Shown here piece after piece: positions 11,801 through 21,822 of a DNA stretch of 64,000 bases. Position 1 is the stretch's first letter; every line of letters starts with the position of its first letter. Origin of the DNA: Candidatus Saccharimonadia bacterium (GTDB taxonomy: Bacteria > Patescibacteriota > Saccharimonadia > UBA4664). Below the pieces are notes generated by a model. The model saw only the letters and a list, made by a program, of their open reading frames with translations, was not told the origin of the DNA and ran no database searches. Location of the stretch: positions 2,131-66,130 of the forward strand of contig DATKIP010000064.1 of NCBI GenBank assembly GCA_035544015.1. Reading direction: 5' to 3'. The position numbers were made by a program, and so were the translations under genes.

Positions 11801-13636
11801 CTATAGTACACCAGAGTCATCAGATTCGGCGTCGTAGGAGACCGGGCGCACATGCGTCACATGTCCTGGACCCAGCCGGAAGATGCCCTCGTCGAGCCGC
11901 ACCTGGTCGAAATAGTGCGCCATAAAGCCAACCGATCGTGACAGTACAAACAGCGAGTTAAAGAATTCTGTTGCTACGAGCGTTTGCAGCTCGTCGATCG
12001 CGTAGCCTTCTTTTTCGGCCAACAGATCAAGCAATACCGCCGCCATCGCGCCGTCCACATTCAAGATCAAATTACCCTTCTTGCGCGTCGTTTCCGCCTC
12101 GACCCCGCGGGCAAAGGTGGTAAATCGCGCCTCCTCCAGACTGGCCGCAAACTCCAGCAACCGGCTCACGCGCGGGTCGGGGAAGTCACTGCGGTACTTG
12201 CGGTGGCCAATGCCTGAAATGTAGCTGCGCCGGGCCGCATACGTCTCCACGAGCGCAGCGGGGGACACCTCGCTGCTCACGCCCTCCAGCCACGTCGCCG
12301 CCGCCTGGTTCACGGCCCCGCCAAATCGCGGCCCAATCGTGAGCAGCCCCGCCGCCAGCGAGCTCACCAGATCGCGCCCGGCTCGCGCCGTCACGATGGT
12401 GTTCACCGCCCCCGACACGTACGGTCCGTGGTCGACGAGCAGCTTCAGCACATAATCCACGAACGCCACCAGCTCCGCCGATTGCGCTTCCCGACCCAAA
12501 AACATCGAGATCACAATCTTGGCGAATGAATTATTGTTGGCCAGCTCCAGCAGGCCCTGGTCCATCACCCGCACCTCGCCGTCGCCGTCGTCGTGCGACA
12601 CCGAGCTGGCGATCAAGCCCGGCCGCCGCCCCGTCAGTCGCGCCATGGCGTCGCCCAGATCGGCCGCGTCGGTGGCGCCGGGCAGCTCGGCCACCAGCTG
12701 CGCAAACTCGGCAAACGTGGCGGCACTACGCGCCCCGGCCGCCTCCAGCGCCGCCGCCTTGGCCCGCGCCGATTCGTCGCTCGAAGCCGCCATTGCTTTG
12801 GCGTGGCCAAATTGCGGCGGCGTCTCAAACAGCTCGGCCACGCTGCCCGCAATGTACGCCACCACCGGCTTCGTCACCTCGCCCCGCGCGATCATCTCGG
12901 CCAGTTCGTACTCGTCCAGCCCGCCGAGCTCACCAAAGTACACGATGGCCTCAGTGGCCGGGTCCGCCTCGGCCGCCGCAAACACCTCCTGCGGGCCAGT
13001 CATCGGGAACCGCTCGCCGCCCAGCGCCAGCGAAAAACTCAGCGAATGCCCGCTGGTAGCCACCATGCGGATGATTTCACTCACCATCCCCCCGCTCGAG
13101 CTCACCACCGCCACATTGCCGGGCGTAAATAATTTCGACTTCACGAGCTGCGGCGCCTGCACGCCCCCGATCGCACCCAGTTTCACCACCCCCGGCACCA
13201 CCACGCCCACGCTCGCGCCGCCCGCCAGCCACACGCCGGCAGCCTCGGCCTCCTCGGCCAGCGCCAGCGCATGCCGCTCGGGCAGTCCCTCCGCGAACAC
13301 CACGCCGCCCACCAGGCCGGGCAATGCCCCCAGCGCCTGCCGCGACGACGCCAATACCCGCCGCCCCGACGACAAGTTCACAAACAAATTAATCCGCGTC
13401 TTCAGCCGCTCCGGCAGTTTTTCCACCGAATTATATACCGGCACCGCCACCTCCTCGTTGCCGAAGAAGTACCGTTCCGTTTTGCGTCCCGCCGCCACTA
13501 TCGCCACCACCGACGGCCGCTGTCGGCCCGCCAGATAGTCAAAATCCAGCATGGATTGAATAATCCCCTTGGAGCTTCCCAGAGCCACAATCGCCGGATT
13601 GAGTTCTCGCAGCGCTACGATATCCAGGGTGCTCAT
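11801..13636 (-). CDS. aclA: ATP citrate lyase large subunit (CoA-binding/phospho-His plus citryl-CoA lyase domain)
   Basis: GELGG, QFGHA phospho-His motif, DHGPYVSGA, GLLTIGPRFGGA, GIGHR, LNVDG. Confidence 0.88.
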   Translation of the reverse strand: MSTLDIVALRELNPAIVALGSSKGIIQSMLDFDYLAGRQRPSVVAIVAAGRKTERYFFGNEEVAVPVYNSVEKLPERLKTRINLFVNLSSGRRVLASSRQALGALPGLVGGVVFAEGLPERHALALAEEAEAAGVWLAGGASVGVVVPGVVKLGAIGGVQAPQLVKSKLFTPGNVAVVSSSGGMVSEIIRMVATSGHSLSFSLALGGERFPMTGPQEVFAAAEADPATEAIVYFGELGGLDEYELAEMIARGEVTKPVVAYIAGSVAELFETPPQFGHAKAMAASSDESARAKAAALEAAGARSAATFAEFAQLVAELPGATDAADLGDAMARLTGRRPGLIASSVSHDDGDGEVRVMDQGLLELANNNSFAKIVISMFLGREAQSAELVAFVDYVLKLLVDHGPYVSGAVNTIVTARAGRDLVSSLAAGLLTIGPRFGGAVNQAAATWLEGVSSEVSPAALVETYAARRSYISGIGHRKYRSDFPDPRVSRLLEFAASLEEARFTTFARGVEAETTRKKGNLILNVDGAMAAVLLDLLAEKEGYAIDELQTLVATEFFNSLFVLSRSVGFMAHYFDQVRLDEGIFRLGPGHVTHVRPVSYDAESDDSGVL

Positions 13637-14823
13637 CGCGCCGCCTCCAATCCGCTGATGGCCCGCGGAATAATTTCCGACATCATCATCTCGGGTCCAC
13701 TCACCTCGCCCAGCAAATCTTCAGCCTCCAAAAACTCTCGCATCATCGCCAGCCCCTCCACCTCGTAAGGCCCGCCGCGCCGCACAAATACCTTAATGCC
13801 TTGCCGGCGCATCGGCTCCGCCACCTCGCGCAGCGCCGCGATCACCCCGCGAAACGTCGCCCGCACATCCGTAAAGTTGGCTACCCCGCCCGCAATCACG
13901 AGCACCTTGTGCTTGGCCTTCGACTCCAGCATGAGCGACAAAATTTGGCGCGTATACACCACCGTCTCCTCGGTGTTGGGGTTGCCGCTGTATTCGCCGT
14001 AATTGCCGAGCTCCCGGCCCAGCCCCTGGTTGAAGACCTCGTCGGCCAGCACCACGCTGGCACCCCCGCCGCTCAGCAGTAGGAAAATGCTGCCGTTGGG
14101 GTTGAGCACCGCCAGCCGAAACGACGCCTGGCTCTGCGCCGCCAACTCCTCCACTGCTACCATCTGCGGCAGCCGGTTAGTGGCATCAAAACTCCGAAAA
14201 TCCTCGGCGGTCCACCGCTCGTCCACAAAAAACGCCGCCTCCGTGTCTACCTCCACCGCTGCATCAAGCAGGCTTGCCGATCCAGCCTTCACCACCAGGG
14301 GATTAATCTCCAGAAACGAAAAATAATTCTCATCAAACGCGCGCGCCAGCCGCTCCAGCGTTTGCACCGGCAATTTCAACAACTCGGCCGCCCGCGCCGC
14401 CGCTTCCGGGCCAAACACCGCCCGGCGAATTTCCCCGGCCGCCGATTCCACATCCACGCCGCCCCGCGCCGAAAAGCTGATCACCACCCCCGCCCGGAGC
14501 CGCTCGAAAGCCAAATACCGCTCATCGGCGGCGTCATGGGATAATTGCTCCTCGATGAGCAGATACCGAAACCCCTTGCCGGCCAAGGCTTCCACGTCCT
14601 TCGGCAGTTCATGTTTGCCCCGGCCCAATTTCACCAGACCCTTTTTGAAGCGGCCCTTTACGCCCTGATCAACCTTGATTACGTATGACGCGCCGTCATT
14701 GAGCGCCGCCACGGCCGGCTTCCAGGTACCCTGAGTGTCGATCATTACTCCGGTATAAACCTGATCTAGCTCTCGCGCCAGGATTGTTTTGGCTCGGTAT
14801 TCAGATATTTTTCGACGCGGCAT
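13633..14823 (-). CDS. aclB: ATP citrate lyase small subunit (ATP-grasp plus citrate-binding)
   Basis: LEINPL, GGGASVV, NYGEYSGNP, GGVANFTDV, VRRGGP; overlaps the aclA start. Confidence 0.88.
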   Translation of the reverse strand: MPRRKISEYRAKTILARELDQVYTGVMIDTQGTWKPAVAALNDGASYVIKVDQGVKGRFKKGLVKLGRGKHELPKDVEALAGKGFRYLLIEEQLSHDAADERYLAFERLRAGVVISFSARGGVDVESAAGEIRRAVFGPEAAARAAELLKLPVQTLERLARAFDENYFSFLEINPLVVKAGSASLLDAAVEVDTEAAFFVDERWTAEDFRSFDATNRLPQMVAVEELAAQSQASFRLAVLNPNGSIFLLLSGGGASVVLADEVFNQGLGRELGNYGEYSGNPNTEETVVYTRQILSLMLESKAKHKVLVIAGGVANFTDVRATFRGVIAALREVAEPMRRQGIKVFVRRGGPYEVEGLAMMREFLEAEDLLGEVSGPEMMMSEIIPRAISGLEAAR

Positions 14824-14892
14824 AGTAAACTCTTTTCACTTAACCACCTCATTATACGTGTGAGGGGCCTAAATGTGCCATAATACCACCAT

Positions 14893-16707
14893 ATGGCCAA
14901 GCGCAAACCCGACCCCGAACCAGAAGTCGACCCGCCGCTCCCCGTCGAGTCGTGGGACGCCACCTCGAGCGCCAGCACCTGGCGGCGCTCGCCGTTGTGG
15001 CTGCGCGCGGTGGGTTCGGCTGCCGTGCTCGCCGTGCTCCTGGTGGGCAGCTTCGAGCTCGTGTACGCCGGCAAGGTCTACCCCGGCGTCACGGCCGACG
15101 GCGCCGCTCTGGCCGGGCTGGGCCGCGCCACGGCCGCGCGACACATCACCGACCGCACCACCGAATTTGCCGGCCACGTGGTCACCATCGCCGACGGTGA
15201 CACCAATCTGCGCATCCCGGTGGCGGGCCTCGGCGTCACCTACAACACGCAGCAAGCCGCCGACCTGGCCTACAATTACGGCCGGCAGGGCAACTGGACC
15301 CGCCGTCTCCACGAACAACTCCGCGCTCTGCTCGGCCGCACCACGAATTTTTCGTCGTACCGCTTCGACGACAGCCGCCTCGTGCCCTACGTGGTTGATC
15401 TCGGCGACGACGTGCTGACGCCGGCCGCCGACGCCAGCCTCAGCTTCGATGCCTCCCGGCCCCAGGTCACCCCGGCTCAATCTGGCACCCGCCTCGATTA
15501 CGGCCGCCTGGCCCAGCTGGTGGCCGACCGCCTCTCGCAGGCCTCATCCGACACCATCGCCGCGCCGGTTTACCAACTCGCCCCCCAATTGTCCACCTCG
15601 GCGCTTCAGGCCGTCACCGATCAGCTCGGCAGCTACCTCTCGGGGCCCATCACGCTCAATTATTCCGGCACCACTGTCACCATCAATCAAAAAACCATCA
15701 TTTCATGGGTTGAAGTGGGCTCCAAGACGCCCAAATCCTTCTTCAATACCTACAACCTAGCCGATATCTATCCCGCGCCGGCCACCGCCAGCCTCGGTCT
15801 CAGCCGCGCCACGGTCGAAAAATACGTGGCCACGTTGGCCGCCGACATCGACCAAACCCCGCAAAACGCCGGCCTGGCGATGCAAAACGGCCAGCTCGCC
15901 GTCGTGCAACCGAGCCGCACCGGCATCAAGCTCAATCAGGCCGACGCCACCACCGCCATCGTCGGTGCGCTCAAAAAATCCGCCGACGACCGCCAAATCA
16001 GCCTCAAGCTCGAAACCACCCAGGCCGATGTCAACGAGTCCAATCTCGACACGCTCGGCATCAAGGAGCAAATCTCCGAGGGCGAAACCTACTTCCCCGG
16101 CTCACCTAGCACCCGCCTCACCAACGTCCGCGCCGGCGCCAAGCGCTTCAACGGCGTGCTCCTCAAGCCCGGCGAGACGTTTAGCTTCGGCAAACTCCTC
16201 GGCAACGTCGGCCCCGAAACCGGCTACGTGCCCGAGCTCGTCATTCTGGGCGACCACGAAGAGAAGCAATACGGCGGGGGACTGTGCCAGGTGAGCTCCA
16301 CCGCCTTCCGCGCCGCCCTGGCCGCCGGCCTGCCCATCACCGAGCGCGTCAACCACGCCTTCGCCATTAGCTACTACACCTGGCCCTACTCCGCGCCCGG
16401 CGTCGACGCCACCATTTACTACCCCGACGTCGACTTCAAATTCGTCAACGACACCGGCCACTACATCCTCATGCAGACCATCATGAACGGCACCGACCTC
16501 AAATTCGACTTCTTCGGCACCAAAACCAAGAGCGGCGTCATCCGCGGTCCCAACTTCGTCACCGGCAGCCCAGACGCCACCCAGCCCTCGCGCACCGTCT
16601 TCTACCGCGATGTACTCGACCTCGCCGGCAACGTCACCAAAACCGACGCGTTCTACACCAACTACAAATCCAGCAAAGATTTCCCCATCACCAAGCAATT
16701 TAACTAG
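14893..16707 (+). CDS. VanW-family membrane-anchored protein with peptidoglycan-binding repeats
   Basis: Single TM, GKVYPGV, C-terminal PGETFSF...GGGLCQVSSTAFRAAL...ERVNH...DATI. Confidence 0.88.
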   Translation: MAKRKPDPEPEVDPPLPVESWDATSSASTWRRSPLWLRAVGSAAVLAVLLVGSFELVYAGKVYPGVTADGAALAGLGRATAARHITDRTTEFAGHVVTIADGDTNLRIPVAGLGVTYNTQQAADLAYNYGRQGNWTRRLHEQLRALLGRTTNFSSYRFDDSRLVPYVVDLGDDVLTPAADASLSFDASRPQVTPAQSGTRLDYGRLAQLVADRLSQASSDTIAAPVYQLAPQLSTSALQAVTDQLGSYLSGPITLNYSGTTVTINQKTIISWVEVGSKTPKSFFNTYNLADIYPAPATASLGLSRATVEKYVATLAADIDQTPQNAGLAMQNGQLAVVQPSRTGIKLNQADATTAIVGALKKSADDRQISLKLETTQADVNESNLDTLGIKEQISEGETYFPGSPSTRLTNVRAGAKRFNGVLLKPGETFSFGKLLGNVGPETGYVPELVILGDHEEKQYGGGLCQVSSTAFRAALAAGLPITERVNHAFAISYYTWPYSAPGVDATIYYPDVDFKFVNDTGHYILMQTIMNGTDLKFDFFGTKTKSGVIRGPNFVTGSPDATQPSRTVFYRDVLDLAGNVTKTDAFYTNYKSSKDFPITKQFN

Positions 16708-16724
16708 GTCCGCCCGGTTATTAG

Positions 16725-16753
16725 TTGACACTACGGCTTTTGTTCGGTACACT
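16725..16753 (+). promoter_or_regulatory. sigma70-type promoter of lexA
   Basis: TTGACA (16725-30), 17 bp, TACACT (16748-53). Confidence 0.7.
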
Positions 16754-16782
16754 CTAAACAAGTAACGCCTGGGAGGGTACCA

Positions 16783-17403
16783 ATGGCCGAACCATTAACC
16801 AAACGCCAAAAAGAGGTCCTCGACTTCGTGACGCAGTTCATCGAGCTGCATGGGTACGCTCCTAGCTACCGCGAAATCGCCGCCTACTTCAAGTACGCGT
16901 CCGTTGCCACGGTCGCCGAGCATGTCGAATCGCTTGTGGGCAAAGGTATGCTCCAAAAAAGCGACAACGAAGCCCGCTCCATCCAGCTCGTTCGGGCCGA
17001 CAACATCGACGCCACGCCTCAATTCGGCCTGCCCATCCTTGGTCTCGTAGCTGCTGGCCAGCCCATCGAGACCCTCGGCACCCATTCCGAAACCCTCGAG
17101 GTCCCCGCCTTCATGATCGGCCGCAAAAACTCCTACGTGCTGCAGGTCAAAGGCGACTCCATGATCGACGAAGGCATCCACACCGGTGATTATGTTGTGG
17201 TCACCGAAAAACCCACCCCTTCGAACGGCGAAATGGTTATCGCCCTCATCAACGGCGGCGAAGCCACGCTCAAGCGGTACTACAAAGAGAAAAACCATAT
17301 CCGCCTTCAGCCTTCCAATGCCGCCATGGAGCCGATCATTATCGAGCCGGGCACCCCCATCGAAATCCAGGGTGTCGTCATCGGCCTCATTCGGAAATAC
17401 TAG
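16783..17403 (+). CDS. lexA: LexA repressor
   Basis: LTKRQKEVL, PSYREIA, VAAG cleavage site, GDSM Ser and TLKR Lys. Confidence 0.96.
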   Translation: MAEPLTKRQKEVLDFVTQFIELHGYAPSYREIAAYFKYASVATVAEHVESLVGKGMLQKSDNEARSIQLVRADNIDATPQFGLPILGLVAAGQPIETLGTHSETLEVPAFMIGRKNSYVLQVKGDSMIDEGIHTGDYVVVTEKPTPSNGEMVIALINGGEATLKRYYKEKNHIRLQPSNAAMEPIIIEPGTPIEIQGVVIGLIRKY

Positions 17404-17409
17404 AGTAGC

Positions 17410-17619
17410 ATGAACACCGCATCGTTCAACGGCTTCGAGTGCCACATGTACATCTCTGCCCGCGGCGCCATCAAGTCCAAGCTTCCCGCCGAATCCGGCC
17501 CCAGGCGTGTCGCCCGCCTCGAACCCGCCGGCCACGAAGCGCTCATCGACCCCGCCTTCCGCCGGCTCCTGGCCGCCTTCGAATCTGTCCCGCAGCCGCT
17601 CCAAATTGTGCAGGTCTAA
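17410..17619 (+). CDS. Small hypothetical protein downstream of lexA
   Basis: 69-aa ORF 6 nt after the lexA stop, same strand, C-ending codons like its neighbours. Confidence 0.5.
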   Translation: MNTASFNGFECHMYISARGAIKSKLPAESGPRRVARLEPAGHEALIDPAFRRLLAAFESVPQPLQIVQV

Positions 17620-17672
17620 GCGGCGCATAGGGAAGAATAAAGTGCCCTCTTGCCTCCTCCAGGACGAGACCG

Positions 17673-17781
17673 GGGTCGGCGAGAGGCAAAGGCACGAATC
17701 GCCGCGAGCGCCCGACCACCAGCGCATCGGATAGATAGTAGGGTTGAGTTCGTTCGCAAGATTCGTGCCTTTGCCGAGAGC
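17673..17781 (+). repeat. Structured intergenic element, copy A
   Basis: Arm ggcaaaggcacgaatc (17685-700) pairs with gattcgtgcctttgcc (17760-75); core cg-cccgaccacc...gggttgagtt-cg. Confidence 0.85.
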
Positions 17782-17809
17782 ATATGCGTCCTTCCCGTGA
17801 CTAAGACCC

Positions 17810-17917
17810 GGGTAGGCGAAGGTAGGCCTGTGAAATATCGTCAGCGTCAGACAACCACTGCTCTGAAGGAAAATCAGGGTTGAGTTCGCTGACGGTATTT
17901 CGCAGGCCTACCGCAGC
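17810..17917 (+). repeat. Structured intergenic element, copy B
   Basis: 26-bp stem ggtaggcctgtgaaatatcgtcagcg / cgctgacggtatttcgcaggcctacc with two T.G pairs; core tcagacaacc...ggttgagtt. Confidence 0.88.
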
Positions 17918-17926
17918 AAGCAAACT

Positions 17927-19000
17927 CTAGGCCAAAAAGAACGCCTCGTTCAACCCCCGTAAAAAGGCCTGAAACGGCCCCCGCTCCGGCCGCTGCGGGT
18001 AGGTTCGGTTCGACAAAAGCACGAGCGCCGACGAGGCGCCCGGGTCTATCGCGATCCAGCAGCCCGTAAAGCCCGACTTCATCAGCCTGCCCGGCCGCTG
18101 CGCCCCGCCCATCACATCCGGCCGATCAATCTCCCAGCCCAATCCCGCCGCCTGGCCAATATCCGTCAGCTGGTTTGTAGCCATCAGCTCGATCGTCTGA
18201 GGGTTAAAGTACCTATGGCCAGCCAAAGCCCCGCCGGCCAGCATCATCTCGGCAAGGCGCAGCAAATCTCCCGCCGTACTAAAAAGCCCCGCGCAGCCGG
18301 CTATCATATCCTGCGTTAGCAGCACCGCCGCCGTCTCGTCGTGCGGCACGCCCCGCACCTCGCCGTACTCGCTAAGCTCCGTTGGCGCAGTGCGGCCCAG
18401 TGCCGCCGGCTTCGGCCGAAATGTTGTACTCGTCATACCCAGCGGCTCAAAAAACCAGCTACGCGCTAGCTCATCAAGCGGCCCGCCGGCCACCCGCTCC
18501 ACCACCAGCCCCAGCAATACGGCGGGGGAGTTGGTGTAGCGGTAGAGCTCACCCGGGGGCGCCTTCAAGGGAGCGTTGAGTATCACATCAAGCAGCCGCT
18601 CTGGATCGCGCTTGGCCACCGCCGACAGCCCCTCCGCCAGATCGAGCACCACGGTATAGGTCAACAAATGCCGCACCAGCACTCCACGGCGATCCGGGTG
18701 CGCCATTTGGGGCAGATACTGTCCCACCCGGTCGTCCAGCGACAGCCGCCCCTCTTCCACGAGCTTCAACGCTGCCATCGCCGTCGGAATCGATTTTGTC
18801 ACCGATGCCACATCATACACGGTGTCGGCCGTCACGAGCGGAGCCGCGTTATGGTACGTCTGCCGGCCGAACCCCATCACCTTCGTCGTCCCACCCCGCA
18901 CATATCCCACGGCACAGCCCGGAAACACCTCTGCCCCAATCGCCTCCCGGCACAGCCGCGTCAAACGCTCGTCGAGATCAGGCGTGCCCCCACCCGCCAT
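17927..19000 (-). CDS. Serine hydrolase (beta-lactamase/class C-like fold)
   Basis: SVTK SxxK, YTN, LLTYT, KSGFTG motifs. Confidence 0.85.
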   Translation of the reverse strand: MAGGGTPDLDERLTRLCREAIGAEVFPGCAVGYVRGGTTKVMGFGRQTYHNAAPLVTADTVYDVASVTKSIPTAMAALKLVEEGRLSLDDRVGQYLPQMAHPDRRGVLVRHLLTYTVVLDLAEGLSAVAKRDPERLLDVILNAPLKAPPGELYRYTNSPAVLLGLVVERVAGGPLDELARSWFFEPLGMTSTTFRPKPAALGRTAPTELSEYGEVRGVPHDETAAVLLTQDMIAGCAGLFSTAGDLLRLAEMMLAGGALAGHRYFNPQTIELMATNQLTDIGQAAGLGWEIDRPDVMGGAQRPGRLMKSGFTGCWIAIDPGASSALVLLSNRTYPQRPERGPFQAFLRGLNEAFFLA

Positions 19001-19001
19001 A

Positions 19002-20726
19002 TTATTGATACGGATTTCCGCCGCCGCCGTAAGTGCGCTGGTTGCCGCGGTAAAAGTCTGAGATCTTCACCGGCGTTCCCCCGCCCGTGCCAATCACATA
19101 CAGCGCGTTTTCATCAGTCTTGGTCGAGCTAAACACGATGTAGTCATTGCCGTACCATTGCACAAACTGATTCACAGAGCCCATACCGGTGAGTTTCTTC
19201 TCGTTGCCGCCGTTGCCATCGGTGAGGTACAGCTCGCTCTTGCCGTCACGTTCTTCGATAAAGCTTGAGTTCGAACGGTCGGGAGAATCATTGTAGTACC
19301 GGCTCGTCTCAATGCTCGGACCATTGGGCAGGCGAGTCACCGCGAAGCTCCCGAGGTCGATGCTATCCCACAGCGACCCAGCCGTACCCGCGTAATACTC
19401 CGACAGCAGGGTTTGCTTGGCTCGCCGCACCGTCGTGTCTGAGGTGATGGCGCTAATGCGCTTGGGGCTGCCCGTAAGCTTGGCCGCAAAAATTCCGTTG
19501 CGGTTGGCGTCGTCGGCTCCCCGCACCGAGTACAAAAACCCGTCGCTGAGCGCCTGGCGAATGGTGGGGCATCCCACGCTCCCGGGTACGCCGGCTAGCA
19601 CCGTCGTCGTCTTGCCGCTACTAATGTCATAGGTCTTGATCGAATCGCAATACCCGTAGGCCGCGGTATAACTCTGCTTCTCGTATACCAAGGTGCTGCC
19701 CAGCCAGGCTCGGAAATTATTAAACTCCACATCCGGCTCGATTTTGGTCAACTTGCGGCTCTCCGTATTGAAGATGAACAAATCGTGGTGCAACCCATCA
19801 GGGCGCCGTCCATCGCGGCTCGAGACCAAAGCTAGGGTATGCGGGTCGGAAATATTGGGTAAAATGCCCGTGATCTCGTCCTCGCTGCCCGTTCCCGCCA
19901 GCACCACCTCGGCGCCCGTGCCGTCGAGATTTGAGCCGTAAATATCAATACGGCCGGTACGGTTCGACTGGAAGTACACCTTGCCCGTGGGGGTCAGCTT
20001 GGCCGGCACCGGTGCGCCTCCAGGCTTCACCGTCACCGCCACCTCCGCGTCGTTGTAGCCGTCGCGAGTTAGTTTGAGCGTCTGCTTGGTGTTGTTGGTG
20101 GCCGGCAGTAGGCTCAGCTCGGCCCGGCCGGTCGCGTCGCTCACCGCTGAAGCCTCGCCGTTTTTGACTTCCACGCCCTCCACGCTACCGCCGGTGATCA
20201 AGTTGGTCACCTGCGCCACCACCTTGATACCGTTGGGCTTGAGCGTCACGCTCGCCGCTCCCTTGCCTAGGGGCGCCAGCGCCGCGACCGAGGCGTCGCT
20301 ATAGCCGGTTTTGCGCACTGTAATGTGGCCGTGACCCAGCTTCACTTTTGCGAGCGTCACGTGGCCCGATTTGTCGGTCAGATCCGCCGCGCCGCCAAAT
20401 TCCACCAACGCCTTCGGTACCGGCTGCTTGGTGGTAGCGTCGGTCACCGTTACTGTCTCCGCAGTCGTCAGAAACATCCCGAGTACCGGATATTTCAGAT
20501 CGGTAGCCCCCACCGCCACGCCGGCCACCACGAGCACTGTCGCCACGCCGGCCGCCCACAGCCGTACCGGCTTGGCCCGCAGCCAAGCCCAGGCGGCCTT
20601 GAGGCTGCGCCGTCGGTGCGGAGTACCGCCATCGGTGGCCGGTGCCGTCTCGGCCGGCTCGTCTGGTGGCGGCGCTGCCTCGGCCGCCAATTCCTCTACC
20701 TCGTCCTCGCGTGCTGGCTCTGCCAT
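19002..20726 (-). CDS. Membrane-anchored protein with carboxypeptidase-regulatory-like Ig domains and TolB-like propeller
   Basis: TM near the N-terminus, two V.V.D..T..PV..A.V / K.GY domains, FQSNRTGRIDIY and ERDGKSELY TolB-like blades. Confidence 0.7.
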   Translation of the reverse strand: MAEPAREDEVEELAAEAAPPPDEPAETAPATDGGTPHRRRSLKAAWAWLRAKPVRLWAAGVATVLVVAGVAVGATDLKYPVLGMFLTTAETVTVTDATTKQPVPKALVEFGGAADLTDKSGHVTLAKVKLGHGHITVRKTGYSDASVAALAPLGKGAASVTLKPNGIKVVAQVTNLITGGSVEGVEVKNGEASAVSDATGRAELSLLPATNNTKQTLKLTRDGYNDAEVAVTVKPGGAPVPAKLTPTGKVYFQSNRTGRIDIYGSNLDGTGAEVVLAGTGSEDEITGILPNISDPHTLALVSSRDGRRPDGLHHDLFIFNTESRKLTKIEPDVEFNNFRAWLGSTLVYEKQSYTAAYGYCDSIKTYDISSGKTTTVLAGVPGSVGCPTIRQALSDGFLYSVRGADDANRNGIFAAKLTGSPKRISAITSDTTVRRAKQTLLSEYYAGTAGSLWDSIDLGSFAVTRLPNGPSIETSRYYNDSPDRSNSSFIEERDGKSELYLTDGNGGNEKKLTGMGSVNQFVQWYGNDYIVFSSTKTDENALYVIGTGGGTPVKISDFYRGNQRTYGGGGNPYQ

Positions 20727-20774
20727 AGCTGCTCCTTATCTTCCCTCAAGCATAATTGTTTTCACGGCCAAGAG

Positions 20775-21779
20775 CTACAGGGCGTTGCGACGCGTGGCGG
20801 CCGGATTGGTTTTTTCGGCTACGGCTCGCACATTAGCGTACTTGTCGAATTCATCGACGATTTCGACGCCCAAAATCTCTTCAATAACATCTTCGATCGA
20901 GATCACACCCACAAATTCCGAAAATTGATTCACCACCATAAACAAGTGGTTTTTAGTCTTAATGAAGGCATTCAAAGCATGGTCGAGCCGCGCATCCTCA
21001 TTCACAAAAAACACCGAATTACTCTTCACCCGCTCCACCGCCTTGCCCTTGATGGCCGGATCGATGAGCTGTTGCGCATACAAAATACCAGTCACCTGGT
21101 CGAGCGACTCGTCGTACACCGGAAAACGCGAGTAGCCCGATAGCCGCAGCTCCTCCACCGTCTTCGCATCAAGCACCCGGTCCTGTTCAATGCCCGTCAC
21201 CATCGAGCGCGGCGTCATGATCTCTCGGATCGCTTTGTCGCTAAACGTCAGCGCTCCCCGCGCGATGCGCTCTTCGTCGCGCTTGAGCGTGCTGCCGCCG
21301 TGCTCTTCCAAAATCCCCATGATTTCTTTGCGCGAGTACATCGTAGGCAGCTCTTCGCCAAGCGCTTTATCGAGCAGCCAGGCCAGCGGCGCCGCCACCG
21401 GATAGAAAATAAACAAAATGATGTGCACCAGCCACGCCGTGCGCGAACCGAGCATCATCGCGTATCGCGAAAAAACCGCTTGCGGAATAATCTCACCGAA
21501 GACGGTAATCAAAAAGGTGGTCATGATGCCGGCCACCACCCCACCCGAGACCGATTCCAGCACCAGCGACAGCGTCGAAATTGCCGCCACGTTGCCCACC
21601 AGCAGCGTTACGAGCAGTAAATTGCCGCGCTTACGCACCGCGTATATGCGCTTCGCCCGGCTATCGCCCGTGGCTATTTTGCGCTTGAGTTCGTGAGGAC
21701 CTAGGCTCATGAGGCCGAGCGTCAGCCCCGAAAAGAGTGCGGAGACTGCCAATAAGGCCAGGACAATGATATAAATCAT
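20775..21779 (-). CDS. CNNM (DUF21) plus CBS-pair protein
   Basis: SALFSGLTLGLMSL, LLVTLLVGN, FGEIIPQA, MTPR, SGYSRFPVY, EDVIEEILG.EIVDEFD. Confidence 0.9.
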   Translation of the reverse strand: MIYIIVLALLAVSALFSGLTLGLMSLGPHELKRKIATGDSRAKRIYAVRKRGNLLLVTLLVGNVAAISTLSLVLESVSGGVVAGIMTTFLITVFGEIIPQAVFSRYAMMLGSRTAWLVHIILFIFYPVAAPLAWLLDKALGEELPTMYSRKEIMGILEEHGGSTLKRDEERIARGALTFSDKAIREIMTPRSMVTGIEQDRVLDAKTVEELRLSGYSRFPVYDESLDQVTGILYAQQLIDPAIKGKAVERVKSNSVFFVNEDARLDHALNAFIKTKNHLFMVVNQFSEFVGVISIEDVIEEILGVEIVDEFDKYANVRAVAEKTNPAATRRNAL

Positions 21780-21822
21780 TACGATATTATAAACTATTTC
21801 GCAAAAAATGCATTAATTATTG

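Noticed and set aside
16731-16750. LexA box in the lexA promoter
   Set aside because: Only one GTTC half-site is visible; no convincing GAAC-N4-GTTC or other palindrome.
17673-17917. Elements A/B as integron attC sites (GTTGAGT fits GTTRRRY)
   Set aside because: No matching RYYYAAC, copies C-E have GTAGAGT or GTCGAGT, the long stem lies outside rather than between the boxes, and no integrase is in the window.
17810-17917. Element as hammerhead ribozyme (GUC-UGA and CGAAC on the minus strand), SRP RNA or tRNA
   Set aside because: No CUGANGA/GAAA core, no SRP helix-8 tetraloop motif, no cloverleaf; the wobble pairs favour the + strand.
17927-19000. Beta-lactam resistance gene (and VanW at 14893 as vancomycin resistance)
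   Set aside because: Motifs support only generic serine hydrolase and VanW-domain families; no resistance-cluster context.
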